A DNA stretch of 64,000 nucleotides. Origin: an uncultured Dehalococcoidia bacterium (lineage in GTDB: Bacteria; Chloroflexota; Dehalococcoidia; Lucifugimonadales; UBA3495). The stretch's first letter is position 1. Every line of letters begins with the position of its first letter. The position numbers and the translations under genes were made by a program. The DNA lies in assembly GCA_958296445.1 (NCBI GenBank), contig OY282565.1:3936605-4000604 (forward strand), given 5' to 3'. The notes under the pieces were generated by a model. That model was not told the DNA's origin and did not search any database. It worked only from the letters and a program-made list of their open reading frames with translations. Positions 31,385 to 41,126 of this stretch are shown in pieces.

Positions 31385-31873
31385 ATGCCACAAGAATCAG
31401 AGGCGGACAAGGAACCCGAACAAATCCCCGAGAGTCAAGTGGGGGATAATGATTTTCCGGGGCAGGGGGGTATAGAAGCAACACCATCCCAAGCGTCCTC
31501 AAGCACTCCAGAGGTGCTGGGAAGACTCCCAGAAAACCAACGAGAACGGCTCTTCGAGTTTTTTGAGGCCAGTATGCAGGTATCTGGCCCAATGATGAAT
31601 CCCCTGCTCAATAAATTTGAGTCACAGCATATAACAGACATCATTGGGTTGAGCTCAAAAACCGTTGACGCGGTTAGCAGCGATAGGAAAAATTCAAGGC
31701 TCTTTGGCTTTTTGGGCTTGGCTTTGTTGGTAGTGGCCGCTGTGGTAATCCTGCTAGTGTTTGCCATCATCGGCGAAAATGACCTGTTGCTGGAAATCGT
31801 CAAGCTCGCTGGTGTGGGGCTGGGCGGCTTTGGCGGCGGCTACGGCTTTTCTGCCTTACGCAACCGCAATTGA
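31385..31873 (+). CDS. Membrane protein, DUF2335-like architecture
   Basis: Acidic N-terminus, SGP motif, two C-terminal hydrophobic segments. Confidence 0.6.
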   Translation: MPQESEADKEPEQIPESQVGDNDFPGQGGIEATPSQASSSTPEVLGRLPENQRERLFEFFEASMQVSGPMMNPLLNKFESQHITDIIGLSSKTVDAVSSDRKNSRLFGFLGLALLVVAAVVILLVFAIIGENDLLLEIVKLAGVGLGGFGGGYGFSALRNRN

Positions 31874-31902
31874 CCAGAACATCAGAGTTTTACCGAAGGG
31901 CA

Positions 31903-31939
31903 TAAAAAGGGGGCCGGGGAAAATCCCGGCCCCCTTTTG
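31903..31939. terminator. Bidirectional intrinsic terminator
   Basis: AAAAAGGGGGCCGGG-GAAAAT-CCCGGCCCCCTTTT between convergent genes. Confidence 0.85.
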
Positions 31940-31997
31940 TGTTTACCAGCGCCCCCGATACTTGCCCCCTAAGCTGGCGGGAATTACCTGCTGTTCC

Positions 31998-33017
31998 CTA
32001 GGCCGGCACCGGGTGGTTGCGGATGGACTCTAGGGCGTGAACTTGGGACATCAGCAGGTTGAAGTTATCGAAGGTTAGGGACTGGGGGCCGTCGCATTTG
32101 GCTATGTCGGGGTTGGGGTGGACTTCGATTAGCAGGCCGTGGGCGCCGGCGGCTACGGCGGCCAGGGCTACCGGGGTGACCAGATACCATTTGCCCGTGC
32201 TGTGGCTGGGGTCGGCCACGATGGGCAGGTGGGATAGCCGCTGGATTACCGGGATGGCGGCTACGTCCATAGTGAAGCGGGTGAACTGCTCGAAGCCGCG
32301 AATGCCCCGCTCGCACAGCATTACCTGTTCGTTGCCGTGGGACATCACGTATTCGGCAGCCAGCAGCCATTCTTCGTAGGACGCGGCCAGGCCGCGCTTT
32401 ACCATCACGGGCTTGCGGGTCTGGCCTACTTCGTCCAGCAGGTTGTAGTTCTGCATATTGCGGGCGCCGACCTGGAGGATGTCGGCGTATTGGGCCACGG
32501 TGTCCACGTCCACGGGCGACATTACCTCGGTGATGATGGGCAGGCCGGTTTCCTGCTTGGCGAGGTCGAGCAGCTTCAGGCCGTCAAGCCCCATGCCGCG
32601 GAAGCTGTAGGGCGAGGTGCGGGGCTTGAAGGCGCCGCCGCGCAGCACGGTCGCTCCGGCGGCCTTGACCGCTTTGGCGGTAGAAACCATCTGCTCTTCG
32701 TCTTCCACCGAGCAGGGGCCGGCCATAACCACCGGCTGGGGGCCGCCCACGGTCGCCTCGCCAATCTGAATGGTCGTCGGGTCGGGGTGGAATTCGCGGC
32801 TCGCCAGCTTGTAGGGTTTGGACACTACCACAACCTGCATCACTCCGGGCAAAAGCTCCATTTCGTCTTTCAGGTCCGGGGGTATGGAACCCAGCACACC
32901 GACCACGGCGCGTTCTACGCCTTGGGATACGGCGGCGACCAGCCCGTGGGCTTCTATCCGCCTTTTCACCTCTTCGACGTTATCCGGGGTACTGTCGGCA
33001 GTCATTGCCACTATCAT
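31998..33017 (-). CDS. aroF: DAHP synthase type I-beta with N-terminal regulatory domain
   Basis: AGPCSVE, RGGAFKPRTSPYSF, QVGARNMQN, DPSH. Confidence 0.95.
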   Translation of the reverse strand: MIVAMTADSTPDNVEEVKRRIEAHGLVAAVSQGVERAVVGVLGSIPPDLKDEMELLPGVMQVVVVSKPYKLASREFHPDPTTIQIGEATVGGPQPVVMAGPCSVEDEEQMVSTAKAVKAAGATVLRGGAFKPRTSPYSFRGMGLDGLKLLDLAKQETGLPIITEVMSPVDVDTVAQYADILQVGARNMQNYNLLDEVGQTRKPVMVKRGLAASYEEWLLAAEYVMSHGNEQVMLCERGIRGFEQFTRFTMDVAAIPVIQRLSHLPIVADPSHSTGKWYLVTPVALAAVAAGAHGLLIEVHPNPDIAKCDGPQSLTFDNFNLLMSQVHALESIRNHPVPA

Positions 33018-33174
33018 TTCCGCTTCACCATCCGGTTTCTTTCTAGGGGATTAGGTATTATGGGGCATTGCGGCCCGGCTGCGAAAAGGCGCAATGGGCC
33101 CCCGGCAACCGGCGGGGCGGTTTGCCGTCGGGGCCCGGATGTTTCTCCGGCCGGGGCCGTTGCGGTGTTCGCGC

Positions 33175-33528
33175 TTATGACCGTAAGGTCTCAGTGCCGC
33201 GCAGATAAATGTTGACCAGCTCCTGGGGTTCTTTATCAGTGTTCACCAGTATAAGTATCCTGATGCAGCGGTTCAAGCTGCCCGGTACATCCGACTCCAC
33301 TGCGCCGAGCAGGGCGGTGCTGGTCCAGCCGAGGCGGCGGGCGGCGGCGGCGGGAAAGGCGGCGTTCAGGTCGGGGGTCATCGTGAAAAACACCGACGCC
33401 AAATCCGGTTCAGCCAGGCCGTTGGCTTCAATCAGCACTTCCAGCAGTTCGGTGACGGCGCCGTGGATGGCTTCGCCCGTGTTGGCTTCGGCGACGGTGG
33501 CCCCGCGTATGCCCCGGCAGACGGTCAT
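33175..33528 (-). CDS. aroH: Chorismate mutase, AroH class
   Basis: MTVCRGIRGAT, FTMTPDLNAAFPA, RCIR, YLRG..LR; ATGA overlap with the trpA stop. Confidence 0.92.
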   Translation of the reverse strand: MTVCRGIRGATVAEANTGEAIHGAVTELLEVLIEANGLAEPDLASVFFTMTPDLNAAFPAAAARRLGWTSTALLGAVESDVPGSLNRCIRILILVNTDKEPQELVNIYLRGTETLRS

Positions 33529-34379
33529 CGGCTGGCCTCGCTGGTATATTGGCCGGGGATATATTGGCCTGGGGCGGGCTGGGGCGTCCGCCCGGCGAGG
33601 GACGCGACAAAGGCGCTGGCCCGCTCCACCAGTTGGTCGCGGGGCGAGTCCAGCATCACCCGCACTAGGGCGCTGCCTACTACCGCGGCGTCGGCGACGC
33701 TGCCGACCTCGGCCACGTGTTCGGGGGCGGAGATGCCGAATCCGACGGCCAGGGGCAGGGCGGTATGGGCGCGAACCCGCCCGACCAGCTCTAGGCCGCG
33801 CCCGGAAACCTCGGTTCTGGCGCCGGTGACGCCGGTGACGCTGACGCAGTAGACGAATCCGCTGGCGGCGCGGCAGGATTCGGCGATGCTGGCGGCAGTG
33901 CTGGTGGGGGCCAGCAAGGGGATGAGCGATATGTCGCGGCTTTGGCACTGGGCGGCCAGCGGCCCCGATTCCGCGCCGGGCAGGTCAACGGCGATGATGC
34001 CGTCCACGCCGGCGCTCCGGCAACGGGCGGCGAAAGGGGCGACGCCGTAGGAGAATACCGGGTTGTAGTAGCCCATCAGCACCAGCGGCGCGTCGGGAAT
34101 CAGCGGGCGCAGCGTTTCTGCGGCTTGCAGGCAGTCGGCGGTGGTGACGCCGTTCTGGAGGGCCAGAAAGCTGGACTGCTGGATGGTCGGCCCCTCGGCC
34201 AGCGGGTCGCTGAAAGGCACGCCCAGCTCCACGGCGTCGGCCCCGGCGGCCACTAGGGCCGGCACCAGCTCCAGCGTGGCTTCCATATCGGGGAAGCCTG
34301 CGGTCAGGAATACAATAAGTCCGGGGCGCTCCCGCTCCCGGACTCCGGCAAACATCCGCTCAATTCGCTCTCTGCCCAT
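33525..34379 (-). CDS. trpA: Tryptophan synthase alpha subunit
   Basis: ELGVPFSDPLAEGPTIQ, MGYYNP, GVTGAR, VGFGIS. Confidence 0.95.
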   Translation of the reverse strand: MGRERIERMFAGVRERERPGLIVFLTAGFPDMEATLELVPALVAAGADAVELGVPFSDPLAEGPTIQQSSFLALQNGVTTADCLQAAETLRPLIPDAPLVLMGYYNPVFSYGVAPFAARCRSAGVDGIIAVDLPGAESGPLAAQCQSRDISLIPLLAPTSTAASIAESCRAASGFVYCVSVTGVTGARTEVSGRGLELVGRVRAHTALPLAVGFGISAPEHVAEVGSVADAAVVGSALVRVMLDSPRDQLVERASAFVASLAGRTPQPAPGQYIPGQYTSEASR

Positions 34380-34537
34380 TACCGGAGAAAACCTTTGCCT
34401 GAATGTTCTGCTAGGGGCTGCCTGATACGCCAAATTTAACCCACTGGCCGGGCAGTGTCTAGCCCCTTGCCGTGTGGCGGCGGCGTTTCGTTGGGAATGG
34501 GCCGTCAGTAAGGGCCGGATTTAGGGATAGGCGGGAT

Positions 34538-35332
34538 TCATCCCCGGTATTCTAGCTGCATGATTGCTACGTTCAGGGTTGCGGCTTTTTCCTGCATTTC
34601 GTCCGGTATGGTTTGGGCGACGACGATGGCGTGGGCGGTTCCGCCGGTAATCCGGCTGAGGATGTCGGCCCGTTCCCTGGCTCTGGTTACGTCCCGTTCG
34701 TCTGCGGTAAGGGACGCTTCGACGGCTGTGTGGTTGTTTTCGTCGTCCGAGATGATGATGTCGGTGTCGAGGAGGCTTTCGATTTCTCTGATGGATATTT
34801 CGTTTCTGCTTTTGGCCCGGTTGATGGCGCTGTCGAGTTCGCGGGAAAGCGGGTCGTTCTGGCTGAAGGCGATGCGCGGCGAGCTCAGCGTGAAGGCGTG
34901 CGCGGCTCTTTCCCTGACCCGGAATCGTATGCTGCGCTCGTAGTCTTTGCCTCTCAAGTCCGCTACGTGGCCTTTGAGGGTTGAGACGTCGCTTTTCAGG
35001 GTTGATGTGTCGCCTTGCAGGGTTGAGACGTCGGTCTTCAAGGTAGACACGTCGGTCTTCAGGGTGGATGTGTCGTCTTTCAGAGTAGACACGTCGCTTT
35101 TCAGGGTTGACACGTCGCCTTCCAGAACGTCCAGCCTGTGGAGCACTTCCTCCCGGAACTGCCCGAATTTCTCACGGAAATGCCCGAACTCCTCTTGGAA
35201 CTGCTCGAATTTCGCTGGCAGTTGTAGCAGCTCTTGGGTTAGCAGGTGGCGCAGCACTTCCTCCCGGAATTGGGGGTGCTGGGCTATGGCGTCAATCAGG
35301 TCTTGGGCCGTTTCGATTTTTATTTCTTTCAC
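34538..35332 (-). CDS. Heptad-repeat coiled-coil protein with putative C-terminal PD-(D/E)XK-like domain
   Basis: Seven D(V/T)STL(K/Q)x heptads; C-terminal DTDIII...AVEAS...DVTRARERA; GTG start inferred. Confidence 0.65.
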   Translation of the reverse strand: MKEIKIETAQDLIDAIAQHPQFREEVLRHLLTQELLQLPAKFEQFQEEFGHFREKFGQFREEVLHRLDVLEGDVSTLKSDVSTLKDDTSTLKTDVSTLKTDVSTLQGDTSTLKSDVSTLKGHVADLRGKDYERSIRFRVRERAAHAFTLSSPRIAFSQNDPLSRELDSAINRAKSRNEISIREIESLLDTDIIISDDENNHTAVEASLTADERDVTRARERADILSRITGGTAHAIVVAQTIPDEMQEKAATLNVAIMQLEYRG

Positions 35333-35450
35333 TGCGGTTCCCCATCTAGTTGCTGGGTCTATTTTAGCACTAGGGGGACGGTTTCGGGGCGTTGTGGCGT
35401 GGCGGCGTGGGAAGTGCCTCATTTCGGAAAGGGTTAGGGGGCAAGCTCCA

Positions 35451-36164
35451 TTACAGCCCTTGCGTTGCCAGCAGGGCCAGGATGTTTTGCCCGGCGTGGG
35501 CGGCTATGCAGGGCCAGAGGGAGCGGGTCTTGACGTGGAGCCAGCCTAGGGCCAGGCCGGTGAAGAATATGGGAATCATTGCGCCCGTATCTAGGTGCAG
35601 GGCGCTGAATACCACCGCCGTAGCCACTACCGCCGGGCCGGGGCCGATGCTGCGGAGCAGGCCCCGCAGCGCAAAGCCGCGAAACAGCAGTTCCTCGCTG
35701 AGGGGCGTCACTACGGCCAGCGCCTGGAAGGTAAGCAGAGCGCCGACGCCCGGAAAGAGGCTGTCGGCCTCGATTTGCGGCGGGCGCAGGGCGTCCAGTC
35801 CCAGACGGTCAACGGCAAAGCCGTAGGCAATACTGGCGAGTATGCTGAAAGCTAGGGCCGCCGCCGTCAGCAGCGCCGTCCTTTTCAGCGAGGTTCCGGG
35901 GGGCGTGAATCCCAGTGCCCGAACCGGCGAGGCGGCCAGCCGCGCCCCCAGAAACCAGACCACCATCCCGACGCCCCCAGCCACCAAGTGGACGCCGGCC
36001 CAGGTTTTCAACGCTGGTTCCTGCGTCGGATACAGGGGGCCGACGGCGCGGGCGGCAAAGGCGGCGGCTATCAGCAGGAACAAGAACAGCAACAGGCCAA
36101 CGGTGACGTGTCCCACCGTCCACGGAACTTGCTCATCGGCGCGGCGCAATTCAGGGTTAGTCAT
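35451..36164 (-). CDS. CPBP (CAAX/Abi) intramembrane metalloprotease
   Basis: EELLFRG, FSALH, AHAGQN. Confidence 0.9.
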   Translation of the reverse strand: MTNPELRRADEQVPWTVGHVTVGLLLFLFLLIAAAFAARAVGPLYPTQEPALKTWAGVHLVAGGVGMVVWFLGARLAASPVRALGFTPPGTSLKRTALLTAAALAFSILASIAYGFAVDRLGLDALRPPQIEADSLFPGVGALLTFQALAVVTPLSEELLFRGFALRGLLRSIGPGPAVVATAVVFSALHLDTGAMIPIFFTGLALGWLHVKTRSLWPCIAAHAGQNILALLATQGL

Positions 36165-36279
36165 AATCGCAACAGCGGATACAACATAAGGGCAATCGCG
36201 CGGTGGCGCAAGGCGGGGTTTGCCAACCCTTTGGGGTTGGGACATAATGGCCGCAACCCTGCTCAGGAGGCGGCGCAAT

Positions 36280-36489
36280 ATGACGGACGACGCGCCCATA
36301 TCCCGGCAAGCCTTTGACGAAACGGCGGCGCGGCTGGGCATTTCCGGTTCCGGTGCCCACATGGACGAACTGTACAGCCAACTGCGGGGCGTCCTGTCGG
36401 GGACGGCGGCGCTGTCGGCCATCGACGTGACCGGGATAGAGCCGGATATGGCGTTCATCCCGGCGGCGGGTCAACCCCCTATCTCTTAG
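36280..36489 (+). CDS. Small GatC/AtzG-like amidase partner
   Basis: AGGAGG RBS; AARLGI...IDVTGIEP..AF; lies directly upstream of the amidase. Confidence 0.6.
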   Translation: MTDDAPISRQAFDETAARLGISGSGAHMDELYSQLRGVLSGTAALSAIDVTGIEPDMAFIPAAGQPPIS

Positions 36490-36529
36490 GGCGGGGGTAT
36501 ACTCCTGCCGGGAAAAATCCGCTTATCCT

Positions 36530-36665
36530 TAAAGATTCCGGGGGCAGGGGCGCACGGCTGTGCGTCCCTACGGGTAAAGATTCCGGGAGTAAGGGCGCAC
36601 GGCTGTGCGCCCCTGCGGGTAAAGATTCCGGGAGCAGGGGCGCATGGCTGTGCGCCCCTACGGGT
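36530..36665 (+). repeat. Family C REP-like array, three copies of a 45-nt unit
   Basis: AAAGATTCCGGG..GGGCGCACGGCTGTGCGCCCCTACGGGT; GTAG-flanked palindrome on the - strand. Confidence 0.9.
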
Positions 36666-36715
36666 GGTTCCTGCCGGGTTAAATCGGCTTATTCTTAGAT
36701 TCCGGGGGCTGTTTC

Positions 36716-38128
36716 GTGGACGAACTGGAAATCTGCTATATGAGTGCCGGGGGGTTGGGGCGGCTGTTGCGGCAGGGCGAGATTTCGCCGGTGGAAATCG
36801 TGGAGGCGCATCTTTCCCGCATCCGGGATACCGAACCGGCGCTCAACTCCTTTATCACCCTGTTGCCCGAGGAGGCACTGGCGGCGGCGCGGCAAGCGGA
36901 ACGGGACATTCGCGCCGGACGCTACCGGGGGCCGTTGCACGGCATCCCGGTGGGGCTGAAAGACCTGTTCCATACCGGGGGGATTCGCACTACTTCCGGC
37001 TCCCGCATATTCGATACTTTTGTGCCGTCCGAGGATTGTACTGTGGCGGCGCGGTTCCGGGAGGCCGGGGCCATTCTGCTGGGCAAGCTGAATATGCACC
37101 AGTTCGCTTACGGCCCCACGGGCGAAAACCCGGACTACGGCCATATGCACAATCCTTGGAACCCGGAGCTGGTCAGCGGCGGCTCCAGCGGCGGTTCCGG
37201 GTCGGCGGCGGCGGCGGGCCAATGCACCATCACCACCGGCAGCGACACCGGCGGCTCGATCCGCATTCCGGCGGCCCTTTGCGGCATCGTGGGACTGAAG
37301 CCCACCTACGGGCGGGTAAGCCGCCACGGGCTGACGCCGCTGGCCTGGTCTATGGATCATCCCGGCCCGATGGTGCGGACGGTGGAGGACGCGGCCCTTG
37401 CGATGAACGTCATCGCGGGCTATGACCCGCAGGATGTGGCCTCGGCCAATCTGCCGGTTCCCGACTATACCGCCGCGCTCACTAGCGACATCCGCGGGCT
37501 GCGTATCGGCGCGCCGCGGCAGTATTTCGACGCGCCTTTAGACCCGGAGGTGCGCCGCAGCGTCAACGCCGCGCTGGGGCAACTGGAGGCGCTGGGGGCC
37601 GAGGTGCGGGAGGTGGATTTCCCTGAGTTTCAGGACGCGGCGTCCATTTCCACCACTATGCTGATGGCCGAGGCGTCGGCCTGCTTCCGCGACCTGCTGG
37701 CCCGCGACGGCGCCAGCCTGTACGAGCCGGTGCGTCTGCGGCTGGAGGCGGGGCTGTTTATCAGCGCGGCGGACTACCTGCGGGCGCAGCAGGGCCGCGC
37801 CCTTTTCGACCGCGCCGCCCGCCGTCTGCTGGACGACGTTGATCTGCTGGCCGGGCCTACCGAGCCGGTGACCGCGCCCCCGTTGCTCCAGCAGCAGGTG
37901 CTTGCCGGGGAGCAGGAAATCGGCACTGTGGCCGCCCTTACCCAATACACCCGCCCCTACAACATCACGGGCTTTCCCGCCATCTCCGTACCTTGCGGCT
38001 TCTCTGCGGAAGGAATGCCCATCGGCCTGCAACTGGCCGGCCGCCCCTTTGACGAGGAAACTGTGCTGCGGGCCGCCCACGCCTACGAGCAGGCAACGGA
38101 GTGGCGCTTGCGCCGCCCGCCGCTGTAG
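36716..38128 (+). CDS. Amidase-signature family protein (GatA/AtzE-like)
   Basis: GPLHGIPVGLKD, GGSSGGS, SDTGGSIRIPA. Confidence 0.92.
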   Translation: MDELEICYMSAGGLGRLLRQGEISPVEIVEAHLSRIRDTEPALNSFITLLPEEALAAARQAERDIRAGRYRGPLHGIPVGLKDLFHTGGIRTTSGSRIFDTFVPSEDCTVAARFREAGAILLGKLNMHQFAYGPTGENPDYGHMHNPWNPELVSGGSSGGSGSAAAAGQCTITTGSDTGGSIRIPAALCGIVGLKPTYGRVSRHGLTPLAWSMDHPGPMVRTVEDAALAMNVIAGYDPQDVASANLPVPDYTAALTSDIRGLRIGAPRQYFDAPLDPEVRRSVNAALGQLEALGAEVREVDFPEFQDAASISTTMLMAEASACFRDLLARDGASLYEPVRLRLEAGLFISAADYLRAQQGRALFDRAARRLLDDVDLLAGPTEPVTAPPLLQQQVLAGEQEIGTVAALTQYTRPYNITGFPAISVPCGFSAEGMPIGLQLAGRPFDEETVLRAAHAYEQATEWRLRRPPL

Positions 38129-38636
38129 CGGCCTGCGCCTTGGGGATGGTTGGGATGAAGCGAAATTCCGTAGCCGGAAAACTCCTCGGCAAGGCTGTTT
38201 TATCCTCAGCAAGGCCGTATCCGAATATGGCGCATACCGCACGATTTTAGGAAAACTACGGCTGGCCGAGCCTATCCCAGCCGCTCACGGCGACAGCCGC
38301 CTAACCCGGCACAACAGGCAGTGCCACTTGGCGGCAACCCACCCGGCGCAACGGCCAAGCCGCCCGCTGGCTGGCAGACAACTTCGACCTGATTCTGATT
38401 CCGGCCTTTGATATCAAAGATATGGCGCGAAAGTTACGCGCCAAGTCGGTTCCGCGCTGTAGTGGGCACGGCGGCGCAAGGCACGTCACGCCCGTTGCCT
38501 GCATCGTGTAGAATGGCGGGGCGGACTTGGGCTTGGGCCTGGGGTTGCCGCGAAAGCCCGGCGTTTCCGCGCGGGCGGGATGGGCGGGGACTGCTGATGC
38601 TGATGTTTGTTGATACTTATGGGTGGGTGCGTTGCC

Positions 38637-39401
38637 TTGCCTGAGATTACCGCCGTCACTTTTGACTTGTGGCAAACCCTGTTGCTGGACAACCGGGAGT
38701 TGGGGCTTACGCGCTCCAATGCGCGGCTGGAGGGGGTGGGGCGCGTGCTGGCGGCTTGGGGGGAGCAGGTTGGCGCGGAGCGTATCAGCGAAGCCTATTG
38801 GGAGTGCTACCGGCAATGCGTGGCTATCCGGGAGGGGCTGCTGGATGTCAGTTTCCCGGAGCAAATCGGCATATTCGTTGAGAACATCAGCCCCGGCCTG
38901 GCCCGGCGGCTGCCGCAAGATGCGCTGGCCGAGATTACGCGGGTCTATGCCGATTCCTTTCTGGATTATCCGCCGCCGGCCCACGCCGACGCGCTGGCGG
39001 CGTTGCAGAGCGTTAAGGATATGGGGCTTCGCATCGGGCTGATTTCCAATACCGGGATGACGCCGGGGACGACTTTCCGCACCTATCTGGCTAATACCGG
39101 GATGCTGGACTATTTCGACACGCTGACTTTTTCCGACGAAGTTAAAATGTCGAAACCGGCGGAAGGGATTTTCCTGATGACCCTGCGCTCTCTGGACGCC
39201 GCGCCGGGCCGGACGGTGCACGTTGGCGACAGCATCCGAAACGATGTGGCAGGGGCCAGGCAGTGCGGGCTTATGACGGTGTGGATTACCGGATTCAGCG
39301 AGCGCGATGACCCGTCGGATCCGGCCACCGAACCCGATGAGACCGTGGACGGGCTGGGCGAGGTGGCCCCGGCCATCGCCCGGCTTTGCCGGAGGGCGTA
39401 A
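38637..39401 (+). CDS. HAD-superfamily hydrolase
   Basis: FDLWQTL, ISNT, KP, HVGDSIRND; start uncertain (38607-38637). Confidence 0.85.
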   Translation: MPEITAVTFDLWQTLLLDNRELGLTRSNARLEGVGRVLAAWGEQVGAERISEAYWECYRQCVAIREGLLDVSFPEQIGIFVENISPGLARRLPQDALAEITRVYADSFLDYPPPAHADALAALQSVKDMGLRIGLISNTGMTPGTTFRTYLANTGMLDYFDTLTFSDEVKMSKPAEGIFLMTLRSLDAAPGRTVHVGDSIRNDVAGARQCGLMTVWITGFSERDDPSDPATEPDETVDGLGEVAPAIARLCRRA

Positions 39402-39478
39402 CCCGGTTTCAGCAACGTTAGGGGACGGGCAGCGGACGGGCAGCGGACGCAGAGAATTAGGCAGAGGGGCGCAGAGGT

Positions 39479-41044
39479 TTGAGCGACAGGCCGGGCGGCG
39501 AACCGGAAAAGGGCGCGGCGGGCGTTAATGAGCTGTGCGCCTACGCGCTTTCGCGGCGTCCGCTGATTCTGGTCAGCAACCGCGGCCCGGTGGAGCACCG
39601 GATGCCGGAGGGCCGGACGGGAGGAACGCCGGAGCCGCGCCGGGGCAGCGGCAGCGTTGTAACCGCCTTCGGTTCGCTGGCCCAGAATTTTCCCTTTACT
39701 TGGGTGTCAAGCGCTATGGGGGAGGGCGACCGTCTGGCGGCGGGCAGCGGCGGCGGCCTGCGGGTAAAGTCGCCCTTGCCCGGCCATAAAATCGGCCTGC
39801 GCTATGTGGTTACGCCGCGCCGGGCCTATCATAAGTATTACAATATCCTGTGCAATCCCTTGCTGTGGTTCCTGCAACATTATATGTGGAACCCGCCCTA
39901 TAACCCGGCGGTGGACGCCAGCGTTCACGATGCTTGGGAGAATGGCTACGTTCCGGTGAATGAGGCTTTCGCCAAAGCGGTGGTGGAGGAAGCCCGCGCT
40001 CCGGGTTCGTGCAGCCAGGGCGCAAACTCCGGGGGGGCGCCGCCGGTGGTTATCGGGCATGACTATCATCTCTATCTGTTGCCGGAAATGGTGCGGCGGG
40101 AACTGCCGGGGGCGGTGATTCAGCATTACGTTCATATTCCTTGGCCTACGCCGTTGTACTGGAGCATTATTCCGCGCTACATCATCCGCCGCATCTGCGA
40201 ATCGCTGTGCGCTTGCGACATTGTGGGGTTTCAGACGCCGCAGGACGGGCGTTGCTTTCTGGACACGGTGGAGGAGTTTGTGCCGGAGGCGGCGGTTGAC
40301 CGGCTGGCGGGGGCGGTGGAGCTGGACGGGCGCCGTTGCGCGGTGAAGGTTTATCCCGGCTCAATCAATGTCGAGGAAGTGCAACGCATCGCCAACGCGC
40401 CGCGAACTTTGGAGTACGAAGGGGCGCTGCGGGCGCAGGCCGGCGAGTTTACTATCGTCCGCATAGACCGCGCCGAACCGAACAAGAACATCGTCCGCGG
40501 TTTCCGGGCCTACGAGCAAATGCTGGCAGGCCGGCCGGAGTTGAAGGGGCGGGTCAAGTTTCTGGCCTTTCTGGTGCCGTCGCGGACTCACCTGCGGCAG
40601 TACCAGCGTTATCTGGACGAGGTGAAGCAGGTTATCGGGCAGGTCAACGGCGCTCAGGGTTCCGGCGGCTGGCAGCCCATCGTGCCTTTCATTGAGAACA
40701 ACTACGCTCAGGCCGTTGCCGGGATGAAGCTGTATGATGCGCTGCTGGTCAATACGCTGGCGGAAGGGACGAATCCGGTAGCCAAAGAGGGGCCGGTGGT
40801 CAACGGGCGCAACGGGGCGCTGGTGCTGTCGCAGAGCAGCGGGGCGCACCGCCAACTGGCCGCCGGCGCGTTGAGCGTGGCCCCCGCCGACCTGGAAGGC
40901 ACCGCCCATGCCTTGTATCAAGCCATTACGATGCCCCCGGCGGAGCGGCGGCGGCGGGCCGAGCTGCTCTACCGGGCCGTTTGCCGCTACGACAACGATG
41001 CCTGGCTTTGCCAGCAGTTGCGGGATATTGTTGCGCTGCTTTAG
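39479..41044 (+). CDS. otsA: Trehalose-6-phosphate synthase (GT20)
   Basis: VSNRGP, HDYHL, HIPWP, RIDRAEPNKNIVRG, EGTNPVAKEG. Confidence 0.88.
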   Translation: MSDRPGGEPEKGAAGVNELCAYALSRRPLILVSNRGPVEHRMPEGRTGGTPEPRRGSGSVVTAFGSLAQNFPFTWVSSAMGEGDRLAAGSGGGLRVKSPLPGHKIGLRYVVTPRRAYHKYYNILCNPLLWFLQHYMWNPPYNPAVDASVHDAWENGYVPVNEAFAKAVVEEARAPGSCSQGANSGGAPPVVIGHDYHLYLLPEMVRRELPGAVIQHYVHIPWPTPLYWSIIPRYIIRRICESLCACDIVGFQTPQDGRCFLDTVEEFVPEAAVDRLAGAVELDGRRCAVKVYPGSINVEEVQRIANAPRTLEYEGALRAQAGEFTIVRIDRAEPNKNIVRGFRAYEQMLAGRPELKGRVKFLAFLVPSRTHLRQYQRYLDEVKQVIGQVNGAQGSGGWQPIVPFIENNYAQAVAGMKLYDALLVNTLAEGTNPVAKEGPVVNGRNGALVLSQSSGAHRQLAAGALSVAPADLEGTAHALYQAITMPPAERRRRAELLYRAVCRYDNDAWLCQQLRDIVALL

Positions 41045-41126
41045 GGGGCGAGTCGCGGCGGCCGGGGGCTGGAATGGGCGAGCGAATTGCTGGATTATTC
41101 CGGCGCGGGGGGGTAAAGTGACGGGT

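Noticed and set aside
38637-39401. HAD gene as otsB
   Set aside because: Motifs fit a generic HAD-IA enzyme rather than the trehalose-phosphatase subfamily; adjacency alone is insufficient
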